Below, piece after piece: positions 38,382 through 49,900 of a stretch of 64,000 nucleotides of DNA (positions are counted from its first letter, which is position 1; each line of letters begins with the position of its first letter). The translations under genes were made by a program, and so were the position numbers. The DNA is from a virus. Its lineage: Duplodnaviria; Caudoviricetes. Location: positions 10,347 to 74,346 of IMG/VR virus record IMGVR_UViG_3300011727_000029; one strand, written 5' to 3'. Under the pieces are notes generated by a model. It was not told the origin of the DNA, did not search any database, and saw nothing but the letters and a program-made list of their open reading frames with translations.

Positions 38382-39215
38382 TTATAAACTCGCTAATGAA
38401 TCTTCTGTAGTTTTATCAATTCCAGCATTACTGAAAGAGGTTGCATTACTTGGTGCTTGATTACCTTTATCCGATCTAGTTTCATCATGTCTATTATCGG
38501 TTTTAACAATTCCAATCCCGGTGAAATACTCAGAAGCAAAATCTTTTGGAGTAAGGAAAGTGTTATCTTTTACGATAACCGGCGACTCTATATTATCCAT
38601 TTTACGGATTTCAACTTCATTCTTATCATTAAGAACTAAATTATACTGAGCTGACAAAGCAGTTTTCAGCAATTCAGTTCTAATTTTTGCATCTCCATCA
38701 ACTAGAGGAATTTCGGGTAGAACTTTAGTTGCTAAATAATCTGAAATTTTATAATCATTCAAACGATTATTTGAATTTAATAACTCAGTTTCATGTTCAG
38801 ATTTAATTCTTTCAATTTCAGACGTATATTCTTCATTTGTTTTTTTTAGAAGATTTCTTAAATCTTCAGAATCCTTACCTTTGTTAGCATCTAAAATTTC
38901 GACTAATTTCGAGATCTTTTCAGAATCAGATAAATTTTGTAAATCAGCTAAAGGAATTTGGTTATTAGATGCTTTACGAATATACCCGTTAAGCTTTCCG
39001 CCAAATTCTCCAGCAACTTCTTTAATTTTATCTGGTAAAATAGATTCATTAAATTTAGCTAAGAAAACAGGTTCTTTGGACTGAATATACTCATTCAATT
39101 TTTCATCTGCGTTAAAAGTTGTATCAACTTCCTCAGCTGAATTAACTATTTCCACAGCTTCTGCAATTCCCAATTTTTGAAATAGTGCTTGTATTTGTTC
39201 CTTTGTCAGTTTCAT
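38382..39215 (-). CDS. Capsid scaffolding protein
   Basis: Coiled-coil, acidic, low-complexity C-terminus, upstream of the capsid gene. Confidence 0.7.
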   Translation of the reverse strand: MKLTKEQIQALFQKLGIAEAVEIVNSAEEVDTTFNADEKLNEYIQSKEPVFLAKFNESILPDKIKEVAGEFGGKLNGYIRKASNNQIPLADLQNLSDSEKISKLVEILDANKGKDSEDLRNLLKKTNEEYTSEIERIKSEHETELLNSNNRLNDYKISDYLATKVLPEIPLVDGDAKIRTELLKTALSAQYNLVLNDKNEVEIRKMDNIESPVIVKDNTFLTPKDFASEYFTGIGIVKTDNRHDETRSDKGNQAPSNATSFSNAGIDKTTEDSLASL

Positions 39216-39227
39216 ATAATGTTGATG

Positions 39228-39446
39228 TTATTGATTTTTTTTTATCAATTTAAATTTTGATTCATCAGAGAAATATTTTTCAAATGAAACAATTGATGTT
39301 TTAAATTGATTTCCCTTACTTTCACCTGAGATAGATTCTACCAAACACTCTCCAAATTTCAATTCAATATCTGAAACTTTTGAAGTTTCAATAATTTCAG
39401 GTTGTAATGGTTTATTCTCTTCTAAAGTATTATCCTTTTTTGCCAT
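39228..39446 (-). CDS. Small hypothetical protein
   Basis: ORF track 72 aa. Confidence 0.55.
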   Translation of the reverse strand: MAKKDNTLEENKPLQPEIIETSKVSDIELKFGECLVESISGESKGNQFKTSIVSFEKYFSDESKFKLIKKNQ

Positions 39447-39448
39447 GA

Positions 39449-39760
39449 CTATTTTTTGAATTTTGAAATAATCTCACTTGTTTTTGCACTTACACTAACT
39501 TTGAAATGAGCTCCTTGAACTTGAACACGTCCATCTTCAATAATTTGAACAGGTACGTTTTTAGGTTCTATAATTTCAGCTTTTAATGGCTCAATAACCG
39601 GATCAGTGTTTAATTCTCCTGATTCAGGTTGATTATCCTCAGTAATAACAGTTTCCAAAAATTCTGTTTTATTTTCAGCTTCTTGAGTTTCTAAATTCTC
39701 AATAACCGGATCAGTGTTTAATTCTCCTGATTCAGGTTGATTATTTTTTTTCTTAGCCAT
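39449..39760 (-). CDS. Small acidic protein with internal 15-aa duplication
   Basis: NQPESGELNTDPVIE twice; 47-bp exact DNA repeat at 39590-39636 and 39698-39744. Confidence 0.65.
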   Translation of the reverse strand: MAKKKNNQPESGELNTDPVIENLETQEAENKTEFLETVITEDNQPESGELNTDPVIEPLKAEIIEPKNVPVQIIEDGRVQVQGAHFKVSVSAKTSEIISKFKK

Positions 39761-39799
39761 AGGAATAATATTTATACAAATATAAATAATATATATTTA

Positions 39800-41488
39800 T
39801 TAATTCATATTATTTATTTCATTTATTAATTCTTCAACTGATTTTTGACGAATGTAATCTTTTGTTTTTGTGAGAATAATGTTTTCTACTCTACTTTTAA
39901 TTGTTCGTGAATTTTGAATATCATCATTTGTGATGATACCAATTTCTTTTGCAGTTGAGATTTCTGTTAATGATAAACCAAAAGTGCTATCTAGTGTAGC
40001 ATAAATTTGATTAATTTTTAAATCAATGTCATTTCCTTTGTAACGTTTGTTTACAAATTCATTGATTAAATATTTACGCACATGTAACGGGGTTCCGTTT
40101 GTTTGAGCAGAAGTTAATTCTGTTAATAATTCAAGGGCTGTTTGAGTTTCAAATTTATAAGGTTTTTGCAACGTAAAACCTCCTTCGAATTTGGGTTTTG
40201 GAGTTCTATATGCAATAAAACATTTTAAACAAAAATCTTTCAGTTCAAATAATCTGTCCGATATACTAGAAGTAAATTGATATAGATTATCCCTGTCAAT
40301 TGTTTTTGCAACACCACTTTGAGCTGCATCAACTTTTAATAAATTTAAAGCATCAAGAATTGAATTAAATAGATCTTTATTTTTGTTTCTATGATACTGA
40401 TTAATATTAACATCAGGGTTAATAATTTTAACCATTTCTTTATCCATTTCATTAACAGGAACTTCATAACGTTCCGCTGGATTAATAGATATTTGTTTTT
40501 TTCCTTGACATGTTTTACATTCAACTTGACGGGTCCCGTTAGGATAAATCTCACAAACATCTACAACCTCCTGATTTGTTCCAAGACCGTTACAAGTAGG
40601 ACATTCAACTAAAGCCTGTTGAATATATGGATGAGAGGCTTCCTTATCAATTAACTGTTCTGAAGAGTATGATGAAATATATTCATCCGCATAAGGAATC
40701 GCATCATCAATAAATGATTTATAAATTCCATTGTCATAAACACCCCCTAACTTTATTGATGGTAAGAATTTGAAATCATGACGAAAATAACCTTCTTCTT
40801 CTTGAATCCATTCTGATTTTTCATTTTTCTCAAATCGTATAATATCTTCTTTGTTTATCCAAAATGAATATTTATCATCCTGCGTTTTATAAATTAGATT
40901 TTCGTCATCTTGATAAAGAATATCTATACATCTAATATATTGAAATGAAATATCTAGTGGCTTATTTTCTTCAATAGTTTCAAGTCGATGTTTACTAGGA
41001 ATTATTACGATAAAGCCATTAGGATCTTCAAATAAAGTTTGAAGAATGATATTCTTGAATAATGAAATGAAATTATTCTTTTCTTGAAAATTATTTCCCT
41101 CTAAATAATCAGAATTTGATTTATCATCTATTTTTAAAGTATGTTTAATATCTTGATAAATCAATCCTCTGACAACTTTTATAAGTCTTTGAAAAGCTGA
41201 CTTAGTGAGTGGTTTGTATTGAGAATAACGCCACCATCTAGTAACTTCTTCTTCTCTAGGATGTCTTGATAATATAAATTTTTCAAATAAGTCTTGATAA
41301 TTACCATCAATATAACCAGGAGGTTTAATGTATCCGGAATTATTATTTTTTGACAAGTCTTTAAATGCAGGGCGTACGCCTTTAGTATGTAAAGTAATTG
41401 CATAATAAACGTCCCTAGCTTCTTTGTATGAAGTAGGAACGCTTTGTTTTTTTACAATTTCTATAACTTCCTTAATTTCCATTACCAT
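39800..41488 (-). CDS. Portal protein
   Basis: 562 aa, helical, internal CPTC...CKTC zinc-ribbon insertion, SGVAK..D motif; head-module position. Confidence 0.75.
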   Translation of the reverse strand: MVMEIKEVIEIVKKQSVPTSYKEARDVYYAITLHTKGVRPAFKDLSKNNNSGYIKPPGYIDGNYQDLFEKFILSRHPREEEVTRWWRYSQYKPLTKSAFQRLIKVVRGLIYQDIKHTLKIDDKSNSDYLEGNNFQEKNNFISLFKNIILQTLFEDPNGFIVIIPSKHRLETIEENKPLDISFQYIRCIDILYQDDENLIYKTQDDKYSFWINKEDIIRFEKNEKSEWIQEEEGYFRHDFKFLPSIKLGGVYDNGIYKSFIDDAIPYADEYISSYSSEQLIDKEASHPYIQQALVECPTCNGLGTNQEVVDVCEIYPNGTRQVECKTCQGKKQISINPAERYEVPVNEMDKEMVKIINPDVNINQYHRNKNKDLFNSILDALNLLKVDAAQSGVAKTIDRDNLYQFTSSISDRLFELKDFCLKCFIAYRTPKPKFEGGFTLQKPYKFETQTALELLTELTSAQTNGTPLHVRKYLINEFVNKRYKGNDIDLKINQIYATLDSTFGLSLTEISTAKEIGIITNDDIQNSRTIKSRVENIILTKTKDYIRQKSVEELINEINNMN

Positions 41489-42108
41489 TTACCATTTAAG
41501 GCGGTTACAGTGTTAAGGTTGATTAACGGTTTGTACTTCATTGACAAAGGATCACCTTGAAAAGTTAAAGTACCAGCTTTAATTTCGATTGCACCACCAC
41601 GTTGAAGATTTTCAAAATTTCTAAACATTGTGAATGTTGCTTTCAAGCCATAACCATTTTCATCAACAGGAGCTACAAAATCACCGTTTTTCATGACAAA
41701 TGCATAATTCAATTGATCTTCATGATCAATTTTATCTTGCCAAAAATCATAATCCAGAAATAAATTTGGAGTATCTCCCGGAACTTCAACTTTTATTCTA
41801 TCCTCAAAGTTAACTTGACGTTCGACAATTTCTTGTTTAGCAGGTCTACTATCAGATAATTTTCTTTCTTCTGTGACTGGATCAGCAAAAGAAACATTTA
41901 CTAATTCGTTTGAAAAAACCAAACCACCAGCTGTTACTAACGCTTCTAGGGCTGCAGCATCCAATGGCGATGGTAATTTTACATCACATTTATAAAAAGC
42001 TAGAGATCGAAGATTTACTTCTCTATATTCAATTTTGCAAGAGGCAGGTTTTACTTCCACCATATCAAAATCAGCACAAGCAGTTGGACAAAAAGACATA
42101 TTTAACAA
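41482..42108 (-). CDS. Major tail tube-like protein
   Basis: About 205 aa beta-rich protein, Cys-rich N-terminus; likely start MSFCPT. Confidence 0.55.
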   Translation of the reverse strand: MLNMSFCPTACADFDMVEVKPASCKIEYREVNLRSLAFYKCDVKLPSPLDAAALEALVTAGGLVFSNELVNVSFADPVTEERKLSDSRPAKQEIVERQVNFEDRIKVEVPGDTPNLFLDYDFWQDKIDHEDQLNYAFVMKNGDFVAPVDENGYGLKATFTMFRNFENLQRGGAIEIKAGTLTFQGDPLSMKYKPLINLNTVTALNGKW

Positions 42109-42201
42109 TTTTAGAATTAAACAATTATATACAAATATAATTAATATAAATATTAATATTCGTAAAATATATAATTTACTTTTGTTTTTTTCCTAAAACG
42201 A

Positions 42202-43152
42202 TTAATTATGTATTTCAATTTTTACATCAGTAAGTAAATCATGGCTTGCGGTTCCCTCTCTTTGACTTCTAACAAAAAAACTTGAACCATCATTATTAAA
42301 ACCATAACCAGTTCCATATAAGCCCATTCTATTACTTCCATAATAAGTATGTTGTCTACCCCAATCTCCCAAATCTTTGACCTCGGATTCAAACCATTCT
42401 CTTAAATTATTATAATTTGATTGAGCTTCATATTCATTATTAAATTGAACTACAAAACCGCTTTTTCTTTCGAATTTAATATAAATCTTAATTTTAAATC
42501 CTTGTCTAATTCTTATCAATTCTTGAGTTCCTTCTTTATAAAATTTAGGTTCTGTATATGTTTCATAAGAGTATCGAAGCTTTGTGTACTTTTCAAAAAC
42601 TCTATTAATAGTTTCCTTGTATCTAACAGAAAGAATATTAGAAAATGCTGTATTATTTTTAGAATCTGTCACTTTTACTCTATAAAAATAATCATTTGGA
42701 CTATTACCAGATACTAGATAATTGTTAGAAACAACACCAATACTAATCCAGTTATTACCATCTGTAGAAGTTTCACCTTCAATCATCACAATGTCATTAT
42801 CAGTATCAGTGGCATTAATACCTATATTGTATCCGAAATTGTTTTCATATTCTCTTTCTTCAGTATTTTGACTGTCATTCCAAAAAATATCAACATTAGG
42901 CGGGTTTCCCTCGTTTTCATCAAAACAGAAATTCTCAATATATCCGGGAGTTGAAAGAGTTCCATCCGGGCACACGGTTTTTATTTCTGCTATATATTTT
43001 TCTTCATCTAAATTCGGAATTGTAAAAGTATTTGTGATAGGATTCGGCAGAAAATCTAACCAAACCCCATCTTGTTTTTTATAACGTACTCTAAAGCTCA
43101 TTCCTTCATCTAAAACAGGATTAGCTATTGATATTTCCCAGTTAAATGCCAT
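42202..43152 (-). CDS. Fibronectin-III/Ig-like domain tail-associated protein
   Basis: FRVRYK...W...FTIPNL...Y...IKTVC and Y.YRVKVTDSKNN fn3/Ig patterns. Confidence 0.65.
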   Translation of the reverse strand: MAFNWEISIANPVLDEGMSFRVRYKKQDGVWLDFLPNPITNTFTIPNLDEEKYIAEIKTVCPDGTLSTPGYIENFCFDENEGNPPNVDIFWNDSQNTEEREYENNFGYNIGINATDTDNDIVMIEGETSTDGNNWISIGVVSNNYLVSGNSPNDYFYRVKVTDSKNNTAFSNILSVRYKETINRVFEKYTKLRYSYETYTEPKFYKEGTQELIRIRQGFKIKIYIKFERKSGFVVQFNNEYEAQSNYNNLREWFESEVKDLGDWGRQHTYYGSNRMGLYGTGYGFNNDGSSFFVRSQREGTASHDLLTDVKIEIHN

Positions 43153-44995
43153 TTATATTGTATTTAAGGTTAATTGAAATTGATAAATATCCTTTAGAAA
43201 AATCTAAATTCTCACTCATGTAATAAATATTTCCATCGTTAAGAATTGTAATATCAGTAATGTCATCATCAAAATTTAATGATTCTATAGGTCTTAAATC
43301 AGGAGATAGATAACCGAAATTTTCACTTGTCCACTCAATTGTAGAATCAGTGATTTCTTCATTGTAAACAGTAAAGTTTAAGGTAACATTACCAAGCTGA
43401 TCAACTTCTAATATAAATCCATTTAGCAGCTTCCATGTATCATACAAAGTGATGTTTCCTTTCGTAATTAATGGATCTAGACATCTGCTTGTTATTCCAA
43501 GAGGTTTGAAACAAGATTCGAAAATAATACATTTAGAGGTTATTGTATTTGGAGGGGTGCAAATTCCCTCTATTCCATCACATAAGTTATTTGGACTAAC
43601 ACAATCATCTCTACGATTGTAAATTCTGTTAGTTGGTGAATACTCCCAATAATGTATATAAGATGGAACAATACCATATGTATCTATTTTAATAACTGCA
43701 ATTGGTGTACATTCTATCTTAGTAACATCAAAATCTTCTACAGAAATAACACCTGATAATGAGTTGAAATAATTTAAAAGATCTTGATATAAAAACCCTA
43801 TTAATTTGCCATTTTCATCATAATAAGCCTGATCTTTAGTTCCTCCAAAAATGCTAAAATAGTAGCAAAGCATAGAGCATTCTTCTTGGCAGCTAAATTC
43901 ATTTACAATTACTTTTTTTTCTAAAACAGTATCTAAAATCCAACTACATGTATTTCGAATAGTATCATTTTTAAATATTGCACCTTTTTTATGAACGTAT
44001 TCTACAGAATCTAAATAAACATTTTTGCCACTGAATACAGTTTCTATTTCATCCGATTTCCATTGAGGAAATACAATCAAACCGGTAAATTTAAAAATTG
44101 AAGTATAATCAACTCTTTGAGTTCTACCTAAAAAAGAAACTTCTTTTTGAAAATCTACTGGTTGTTTTTTTATTTCTGATTCAATCCATTGTGAATTAGA
44201 ATATTTTAAGTCAGGATCATTTCCTAGATAGTTTAATAATTCCTTTGGATCACCATAATACAGTCCGGTAATATTATCCAGACATTCATAAGTACTTTCA
44301 AGCCTTGAAATAGGAAGTTTACAACCATTTTCATCTACTGCGTAAACTGCATAAATTGGTAGAACTTTCGTTGTGCCACCTCCCAAAACACCAGCCAAAG
44401 GAAAAGCTAAAGCAGTAGAACGTAGTATTTCAATTTTGGATATTTGAGAACAATCAAAATAAAGTTGCCATTTATTAGTGCCTTGTTGATAAATTGATTC
44501 AAAATGATTCGGTAATTCTGAAGGATTTTGAATAATTAAATTAGAATTTAATTTTATAAAGCTTTTACCTAATGAAAAATTATCCCACTCAATTTCTTCA
44601 AACTCAACATAACATCTTTTATTCGGATGTAATCGTCTATAGGTTTCAGTAATTTTATTAAAAATAGTTTGTCCGTTATTTTTAATTTCAACTTTAAATG
44701 TAAAACAATCTGTAGGAAAATTATTTCCCCATTCTCTTAGCTGTAAGTTGAAGTATCTGAATTTATAAATTGATTTTGCAAACTGAATACGGAATTGATC
44801 AGTAACATCTTTAATAAAAGTTTCACCATTGCAATTATATAGTTTAATTTCTATTGTATAATCATTCCAAGTTTGTTCAGGCAATCGACCTTGCAAATTA
44901 ATATCAGAAGCAACAATAACAGGTTGAGAGTATGGTTTTTCAAAACCACATAAGTTATTAATTTGCAACTGTGAAAGTGTGTCAACAAATATCAT
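43142..44995 (-). CDS. Minor tail protein
   Basis: 617 aa in the tail module. Confidence 0.55.
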   Translation of the reverse strand: MIFVDTLSQLQINNLCGFEKPYSQPVIVASDINLQGRLPEQTWNDYTIEIKLYNCNGETFIKDVTDQFRIQFAKSIYKFRYFNLQLREWGNNFPTDCFTFKVEIKNNGQTIFNKITETYRRLHPNKRCYVEFEEIEWDNFSLGKSFIKLNSNLIIQNPSELPNHFESIYQQGTNKWQLYFDCSQISKIEILRSTALAFPLAGVLGGGTTKVLPIYAVYAVDENGCKLPISRLESTYECLDNITGLYYGDPKELLNYLGNDPDLKYSNSQWIESEIKKQPVDFQKEVSFLGRTQRVDYTSIFKFTGLIVFPQWKSDEIETVFSGKNVYLDSVEYVHKKGAIFKNDTIRNTCSWILDTVLEKKVIVNEFSCQEECSMLCYYFSIFGGTKDQAYYDENGKLIGFLYQDLLNYFNSLSGVISVEDFDVTKIECTPIAVIKIDTYGIVPSYIHYWEYSPTNRIYNRRDDCVSPNNLCDGIEGICTPPNTITSKCIIFESCFKPLGITSRCLDPLITKGNITLYDTWKLLNGFILEVDQLGNVTLNFTVYNEEITDSTIEWTSENFGYLSPDLRPIESLNFDDDITDITILNDGNIYYMSENLDFSKGYLSISINLKYNINGI

Positions 44996-46983
44996 ATTCT
45001 TCCTTTTATTTTAATATGCCTACCTCTATTATTTCTACTGTCAAAGTTTAATTCAATTTCTTTTATAATTCCATCCTTATAAAATTCTCCAGCATCGATT
45101 TTTACTTTTCTTTCAATATTGATATTTCCCGAATCATTAAAAATATTTAATCGCTGTAAGTTTTCACAACATAAAGGAATTGACAATTCAAATTCTTTAT
45201 TAAATACCGGATTAATTCGCGGATCTTCTGATTGATGAAAATCCCAAAGATTACCTTTATACTGTGCATCAAAAAACATCGGGTAGTTAATTAAATATGA
45301 ATTTTCTTTCAAAAAACTATCATATTGTTCATCTCCTTTATCTGCTTTATTATACGGAATTCCCTCTGTATTATATTTATCATTTGGACTTGGAAGCAAA
45401 TGATCATATTGGTATTTTCTTTGTGGCTTTGCTGCCTTTTTTGTTTGTCCATCCCAAATAATTAAACGTGGTAGCATAGTTGTGTTATTTTGCATGACAA
45501 CAGAATATTTATATCTATCCATTCTTTTTTTAACTTCATTCTTCGATACTAAAAAAGTTGGACCAGTAAATAAGACTGCTAAAAAATCACCCCATTGGCC
45601 AAGTGGGTTTAATGTTTGACTTACATAATCCTTTTCAATTCCATCATTTCTAAATCTAGTAGGAGCAAAGTCAATTAAAGTTTTGTCATCATAACCTGAC
45701 AAAATAGGATTTATAGGTTTATTAAATTCTACAATATCATTATATCTTCTTCTAGAATCGGATGTAAGATTATCAAAAGGATCTACTGAATAACCAACAC
45801 GCATATATGCAGGTTTTGAAACTTCATTCCAAGAAAAACAAATATTATCTATGATTAATTTTTTATCTTCACCAATAAAATCAAAAACATAATCATGATT
45901 TTCTAATTTATCAACATGATCAAAATATAAAACACCACCCTTTACAAACCATTTTGCATTGAATACTTTTTTTAGTTTATCTAAAAGCATATCAAGTGTT
46001 AGTAATGGATCGTTATCTGGAATCCAAAAATTATCTGAATCTTTATCAACACCCTTTTTAGTTTCAGCAGAAAACCATGTAAGATTATAATAATCTGAAT
46101 CAGGATTAAAAAACCATGGAATAGAATCTTGAGTAATTGTAATGCCACATTTTGAGCATACATTTGTGATGTAATCTCTTATTAAAGGAGCCGGGTGTTC
46201 ACGACCACAACCAAATAAATCAACAAATAGTTCGAGAAACATATTTTTAATATCTTTTAGATCTGGAATTTTTTTTATTTCTCGTTTCAACTTTTTCAGC
46301 TTTCCAAAAGAAAGAAAATTTAAAACACTAACTAAAACATTTAAAATACCTTTTATTACAGTCAGGAATAAACCTAAAACAGAAGCTATAATACCTGCAA
46401 CACCTAATATTTGAAATAGTAAGGACAACAAAAATGTTGGTCTAAATTCATTACAATATGAGAATCTAGGATGTTGATATTTTCCATCAAACATATTCAT
46501 ATGATTATCTGTAATCAATGTAGAATAAATACAAGTATAGAAATCATCCTTTTGTTTAAGATTTACATCAATGTTACAATATGAATCGGTACAATAACTA
46601 ATTCCATCACTTTTTATTATTAAGTCAACTATATCGCCACAATTCTCAATCTCAATTCTGACTTCAATTCCATTTAACGGAGAAGCAACATGATCAATTA
46701 GCCACAACTTTACAAATTCAAATGCTTCACCAATAAACTGCAACTCATTAGATACTGATTTTTCAATATTAGAAATTGATTTTGTATTTTCAGTAGAACG
46801 TACTTTCCAAGAAGTTGAAAATTCATTCAAATTATCAATGAAATTTGAATAATCTTTCCATTCGTTATCTGGTAAATATCCTTGTACAACATTTAATGAA
46901 TTAGGATTTAACCCAGAATACCAAACAGGCTTTTGATACTCATCATAAAGCTGAAGCTTTCGCATAAATAATTTCAACTTCAT
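44992..46983 (-). CDS. Minor tail (hub-like) protein with internal hydrophobic segment
   Basis: 663 aa directly after the tape measure gene. Confidence 0.55.
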   Translation of the reverse strand: MKLKLFMRKLQLYDEYQKPVWYSGLNPNSLNVVQGYLPDNEWKDYSNFIDNLNEFSTSWKVRSTENTKSISNIEKSVSNELQFIGEAFEFVKLWLIDHVASPLNGIEVRIEIENCGDIVDLIIKSDGISYCTDSYCNIDVNLKQKDDFYTCIYSTLITDNHMNMFDGKYQHPRFSYCNEFRPTFLLSLLFQILGVAGIIASVLGLFLTVIKGILNVLVSVLNFLSFGKLKKLKREIKKIPDLKDIKNMFLELFVDLFGCGREHPAPLIRDYITNVCSKCGITITQDSIPWFFNPDSDYYNLTWFSAETKKGVDKDSDNFWIPDNDPLLTLDMLLDKLKKVFNAKWFVKGGVLYFDHVDKLENHDYVFDFIGEDKKLIIDNICFSWNEVSKPAYMRVGYSVDPFDNLTSDSRRRYNDIVEFNKPINPILSGYDDKTLIDFAPTRFRNDGIEKDYVSQTLNPLGQWGDFLAVLFTGPTFLVSKNEVKKRMDRYKYSVVMQNNTTMLPRLIIWDGQTKKAAKPQRKYQYDHLLPSPNDKYNTEGIPYNKADKGDEQYDSFLKENSYLINYPMFFDAQYKGNLWDFHQSEDPRINPVFNKEFELSIPLCCENLQRLNIFNDSGNINIERKVKIDAGEFYKDGIIKEIELNFDSRNNRGRHIKIKGRI

Positions 46984-49900
46984 AATTTATCCCTTTTGCG
47001 TTTACGAATATTGACCGCATTAGTCACTGCAAATATTCCATCTTGATCAAATGAAAAAGAGCTTGTTTCTTGATTCTCAACAGCAAGAACTACTTTTTCA
47101 ACTGTTTTAACAACGTTATCAAGTTTAGATTCTAAAGCTTTGTAATCATTTCCAGTATTTGATGAAGTAATTATTGCACTATCTTTCATTTTAAGGTTTG
47201 GCAAAGAAAAAGCAATACCATTGTTCATCATTTTTAGTATCTCAGCATTATCACCAGCTCTAGTTCCTTTGGCTGTAATGACACTTTCGCCACGACTTAA
47301 TCTAGCCGGAATACTATCTGATGTTTCAGAACCTGGTCCATTAAGTCCAACGACACCATCTTTAAATCCTAAAGTTCCTGTTGTATCCTGTGTCATTGAT
47401 TTAACCATTGCAAATCCAGACATCAACGCTCCAATTGTGGCCATAACAACAGGAACAGACAACCAGCCACCACCAGCCGCCGCAGCATTTGCAATTGCAA
47501 GTAAGGATGCCGAAGCTTGTTGAGCTGCATTTATTGCAATTTGTGATCTAGCGTATTTTTCTTGCTGTGCCTGAGCTCTCTGTAAACGTTTTTCTTCAAG
47601 TTGTAATAATTCAGCGTTTCCACGTTCTGCAATAGATTTTAAACGCTCTACTCGTTTTTCGCGAATAGATATTTCTAAATCGACCGCTTGTTGTAAAGCT
47701 GATGTAATTGTATTTGCTGCTTGAGTTGCTCCATCAGTAATCTCAGAAATACTTTTCGCTAGAGATTCAAAAGGATTATCTTCTTTGTCTTTTTTTCTAT
47801 TTCGTTCATTTATTTTAGTAACAATATTTCCTTGCACCACTCCTAATTGAGCCTGAGTTGAATCAATTAATTTTTTACGTCCTTTTTGCTCTTCTTCAGT
47901 AAGTAAATCATATCCTGTCTGATAAATTTTTATTCTATCTTCAAAGTATTTTTTTTCATTGAATAATTTGGCAAGATCAGAACGATAAGCAATTTCATCC
48001 GAAGTTTTAATATATTCTTCTTCAAGTTTTAACCTTTTACGTTTAGATACATTTTCTAAATCTTCAGTTTTAGTATTTTTTTCTCTTAACCTTTTTAATT
48101 CCCTACCGTTATTATCTAACTCAATTTGATATTTTTTAAAGAACATTTTTTCTTCTGAATCTGTATAAATATCAATTTTATTATTTGCTGAGTCTTTTAA
48201 ATCGTCAAGTTCCTGTAAATCGTATTTAAGATTAATATCACGTTCTTTTATACGGCCATCCTCAATAATTTTCGCTCGTAATTCATGTAGCTTTTTAATA
48301 TTAGCATTTACAACTTCCAATTGATTCGTTGCAGACTTCACTACATCAGAATTAGAACTGTTTAAATCTGAATTTAAATTATCACTACTTGTATATAGAG
48401 AGGATAATTGATTATTAATAGTTGTTATTCTATTATTAGAATCACGCTTAGAATTAGCAATTTCTTTTGTCCGGGAATCTGCTGAAAGTTTAAAAATCTC
48501 ATCATCAATATTCTTTTGTTCATCAATTAATTGTTTGATTATTTTTTCTGAACGTTCACGAATTGCATCAGAATATTCCTTGAAACTATTTTTAATCTCA
48601 TCAATACGAGTTTGATTCGCTTCTTTCTCAGCTTTCTTCAAATATTGAGGTCGTTTTAAAGCATATTTTAATTCAATTTCAAGTAATTTTTGACCATTTT
48701 CTTCTACAGCTTCCGTTAAACGCTGGCTATATGTTTGACGATCGATTAATTCCGATTCAAGAGCATTCAATAATTCTTCCTTACGACGTTGGAAACGTTG
48801 CTTTTCTAGTTCTTGTTCAACTTTCATTTGCCTGTCGATTTCGTCTAATGCGATTTCGTTAGGATCTTTTGCTTTTTTAGTTTTGGTTTTCTTCTTTTTA
48901 GTATCAGTTGTAGGTTTAGCAATATTTGGTTTAGGTGGATTTATCAAATCCTTAATCCCTTGTATTAATTTTTCTTGAGCTAGGATTTCTTTTTGATTTG
49001 CACCACTTTTTTTAAGTGCTTGAAGTTCTTTTTGCTCTAAAGCTAATGATTCTTTTAACCCATTGATGTAACTTTCATTTTCCGCATTCGCTAATTCAAT
49101 GTTATGTACACGCTCTTTGTTTAATTGATTATTTAGTTTATTGAAATTTGCAAAATCACTTTTAAATTTATCTAATGCAGCAGTTTCTTTGAATTGATTA
49201 GAAATCATTCCGGAACCTGGCATCATAGTATTACTTTCAAATCCTTTTGATTTACTACTAGATTTATTTGTTAAATCAGTAAGGATTTGATTACCTACTT
49301 TTTGCTGTTGTGATGGACTTAACCTAGAAAAACTAACTTCAGAATATCCGTACTTTTTTAATTCAGGTAAAAGCGTTTTAATAGCGTCTCTCTGTTTACG
49401 GATTAAATCAGTTTGTTTCTCAGTAATTCTACTTTGTTGTTCATCAATTAAAGCAAGGCGTATTTTATTTTCGTATTGTTGATTTAAAACAGATAAAGCA
49501 GAAGCTAGCTGTTCTGTATTTGATTTTTCCGCATCTATCAAGTTCAAGAACTCAGGATATTTTGCGGTAATTTCACTCATAATTACGCTTCGAACTTCTT
49601 CCTGATCATTAGCTATAATTAGCTGACCTACTAAATTATTTAATTCAGCTTGTTGCTCTCTATAACTATCTGCTGGACTTGTTTCAATCAATTTAGTAAA
49701 CCAATCTACAGATTCTTTTACGATACCAAGTAAATCATTAAATTGAGATACTCCTTTATCTCCAATTGCAGAAAACAAACTATCGAATGAATCACCCAAA
49801 TTTGAAACTGTACCACTTAAAGTTTTAGCTTGTGCATTCATTCCTCCGGCAACTCCTTGAAGTTTACCAAAAGATATTACAGCGTTTCTTAAGGCTTGTT

